Below are positions 63,267 through 64,000 of a stretch of 64,000 nt of DNA, in pieces (position 1 is the stretch's first letter; each line of letters starts with the position of its first letter). The position numbers were made by a program, and so were the translations under genes. The stretch is from positions 1,578 through 65,577 of IMG/VR virus record IMGVR_UViG_3300005683_000011; one strand, 5' to 3'. The stretch is from a virus. Taxonomy: Duplodnaviria; Caudoviricetes. The notes below the pieces were generated by a model. It did no database searches, was not told the origin of the DNA, and was given only the letters and a program-made list of their open reading frames with translations.

Positions 63267-63773
63267 TTGCACACTGTTTCTCCATGTCCCGCCTGTCGTA
63301 ACCTATCCCCTCAAGAAGCGTTGGCCTGCGAAGCGTGCTGCGGCTTAGGAATCGCAATGCCGCCTGGCATCCTTGGCGCTACACCCCATGGAACCTTCGT
63401 CACGAAGGATTCCGGCCAACGCCAATCGTTCGACACCGGCATGGTCCGTGATGTCTCCACGGACAAGCTCGATTGGACGATCCTCCCCTGGATCGTTCTC
63501 AAGCGTGACGTTGAACTGTACATGCGTGGCGCGAAGAAGTACGCGCGCGACAACTGGAAGAAGGGCCAACCCTTCACCCGTGCGTTCGAGTCGATGATGC
63601 GCCATATGTACGACTACCTCATGGGCGATCGTAGTGAGGACCACCTCGCCGCGATTCGCTTCAATGCCGCCTGCCTCATCTACTACGAGGAGATGATTAA
63701 GCAGGGGAAGTTACCCGCGCAACTCGATGATATGACTCAGGAGAAAGACGATGAGCTTCGCACCGGAAGGTGA
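63267..63773 (+). CDS. dATP/dGTP diphosphohydrolase-like (DUF5664) protein with N-terminal Cys motif
   Basis: KDSG.R..F.TG.VRD, GAKKY..DNWKKG, RH...EDHLAA..FN. Confidence 0.85.
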   Translation: MHTVSPCPACRNLSPQEALACEACCGLGIAMPPGILGATPHGTFVTKDSGQRQSFDTGMVRDVSTDKLDWTILPWIVLKRDVELYMRGAKKYARDNWKKGQPFTRAFESMMRHMYDYLMGDRSEDHLAAIRFNAACLIYYEEMIKQGKLPAQLDDMTQEKDDELRTGR

Positions 63774-63951
63774 CAAGTACGGCGTTGGCGACCAAGTGAA
63801 GAAGGTCACTGGCGACTACCTGTTCTACGGCACGGTTGTTGCTGTGTTCAGGAAGCTGAAGAGCGATACCATCCGATATGTTGTTGAGGACAAGCGTGGC
63901 CTCCTCATGATTATGAACGAGGGCCAACTTGAACCTCATTACGGAGAATAA
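63751..63951 (+). CDS. Small SH3-like protein
   Basis: Y.VGD.V.K..GDY.F.G.VV. Confidence 0.6.
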   Translation: MSFAPEGDKYGVGDQVKKVTGDYLFYGTVVAVFRKLKSDTIRYVVEDKRGLLMIMNEGQLEPHYGE

Positions 63952-64000
63952 CATGCCGCACAGAGAGGGTTCTTTCACAGTCAGTCAGCAGGATGGCAAA

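Noticed and set aside
37256-63274. Long minus-strand ORFs over the rightward arm (e.g. 37293-38216, 44214-45080, 59337-60143, 62465-63274)
   Set aside because: Same shadow effect opposite recognisable genes.
1-64000. CRISPR-Cas, reverse transcriptase/DGR, IS transposase, rRNA, tape measure, tail sheath
   Set aside because: No supporting motifs were seen in any ORF or spacer.

Overview
The whole window reads as most of one tailed-phage (or prophage) genome, with no host housekeeping genes visible. A leftward late arm (about 35.3 kb to beyond position 1) encodes scaffold, major capsid, a five-member tRNA/tRNA-like array, a glycosyltransferase, a papain-type lysis cassette, small and large terminase, portal, a FkbM methyltransferase, tail fibre, sulfotransferase, adaptor/nozzle and several Gly/Ala/Met/Gln-rich ejection-type proteins. 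No tape measure, tail tube or sheath is recognisable, so the morphology is probably podovirus-like. A divergent control region (35.4-36.5 kb) is followed by a mostly rightward early/replication arm: Dam-like MTase, AAA+ ATPase with DUF2201/vWA partner, ParB-like protein, DUF5131, serine recombinase, YqaJ/RecT, replication initiator and nucleotide enzymes. Several signatures point to a Planctomycete, probably Gemmataceae, host: an AAPVPK signal peptide, the ADALEDAGC...HCR..GPH.RGCW domain and a VAPRTV.KW HTH regulator. The most striking unexplained signals are RNA-level: a complete type II hammerhead ribozyme (37994-38068), a periodic hairpin array with GATACA linkers (47890-48095), a structured leader upstream of the capsid operon, and two aberrant tRNA-like elements. 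Protein-level highlights are a glycosyl/methyl/sulfo-transferase trio in the virion module, a duplicated ejection module fused to a zincin protease, and an apparently split nozzle gene. All family assignments come from motif recognition by eye; no searches were run.
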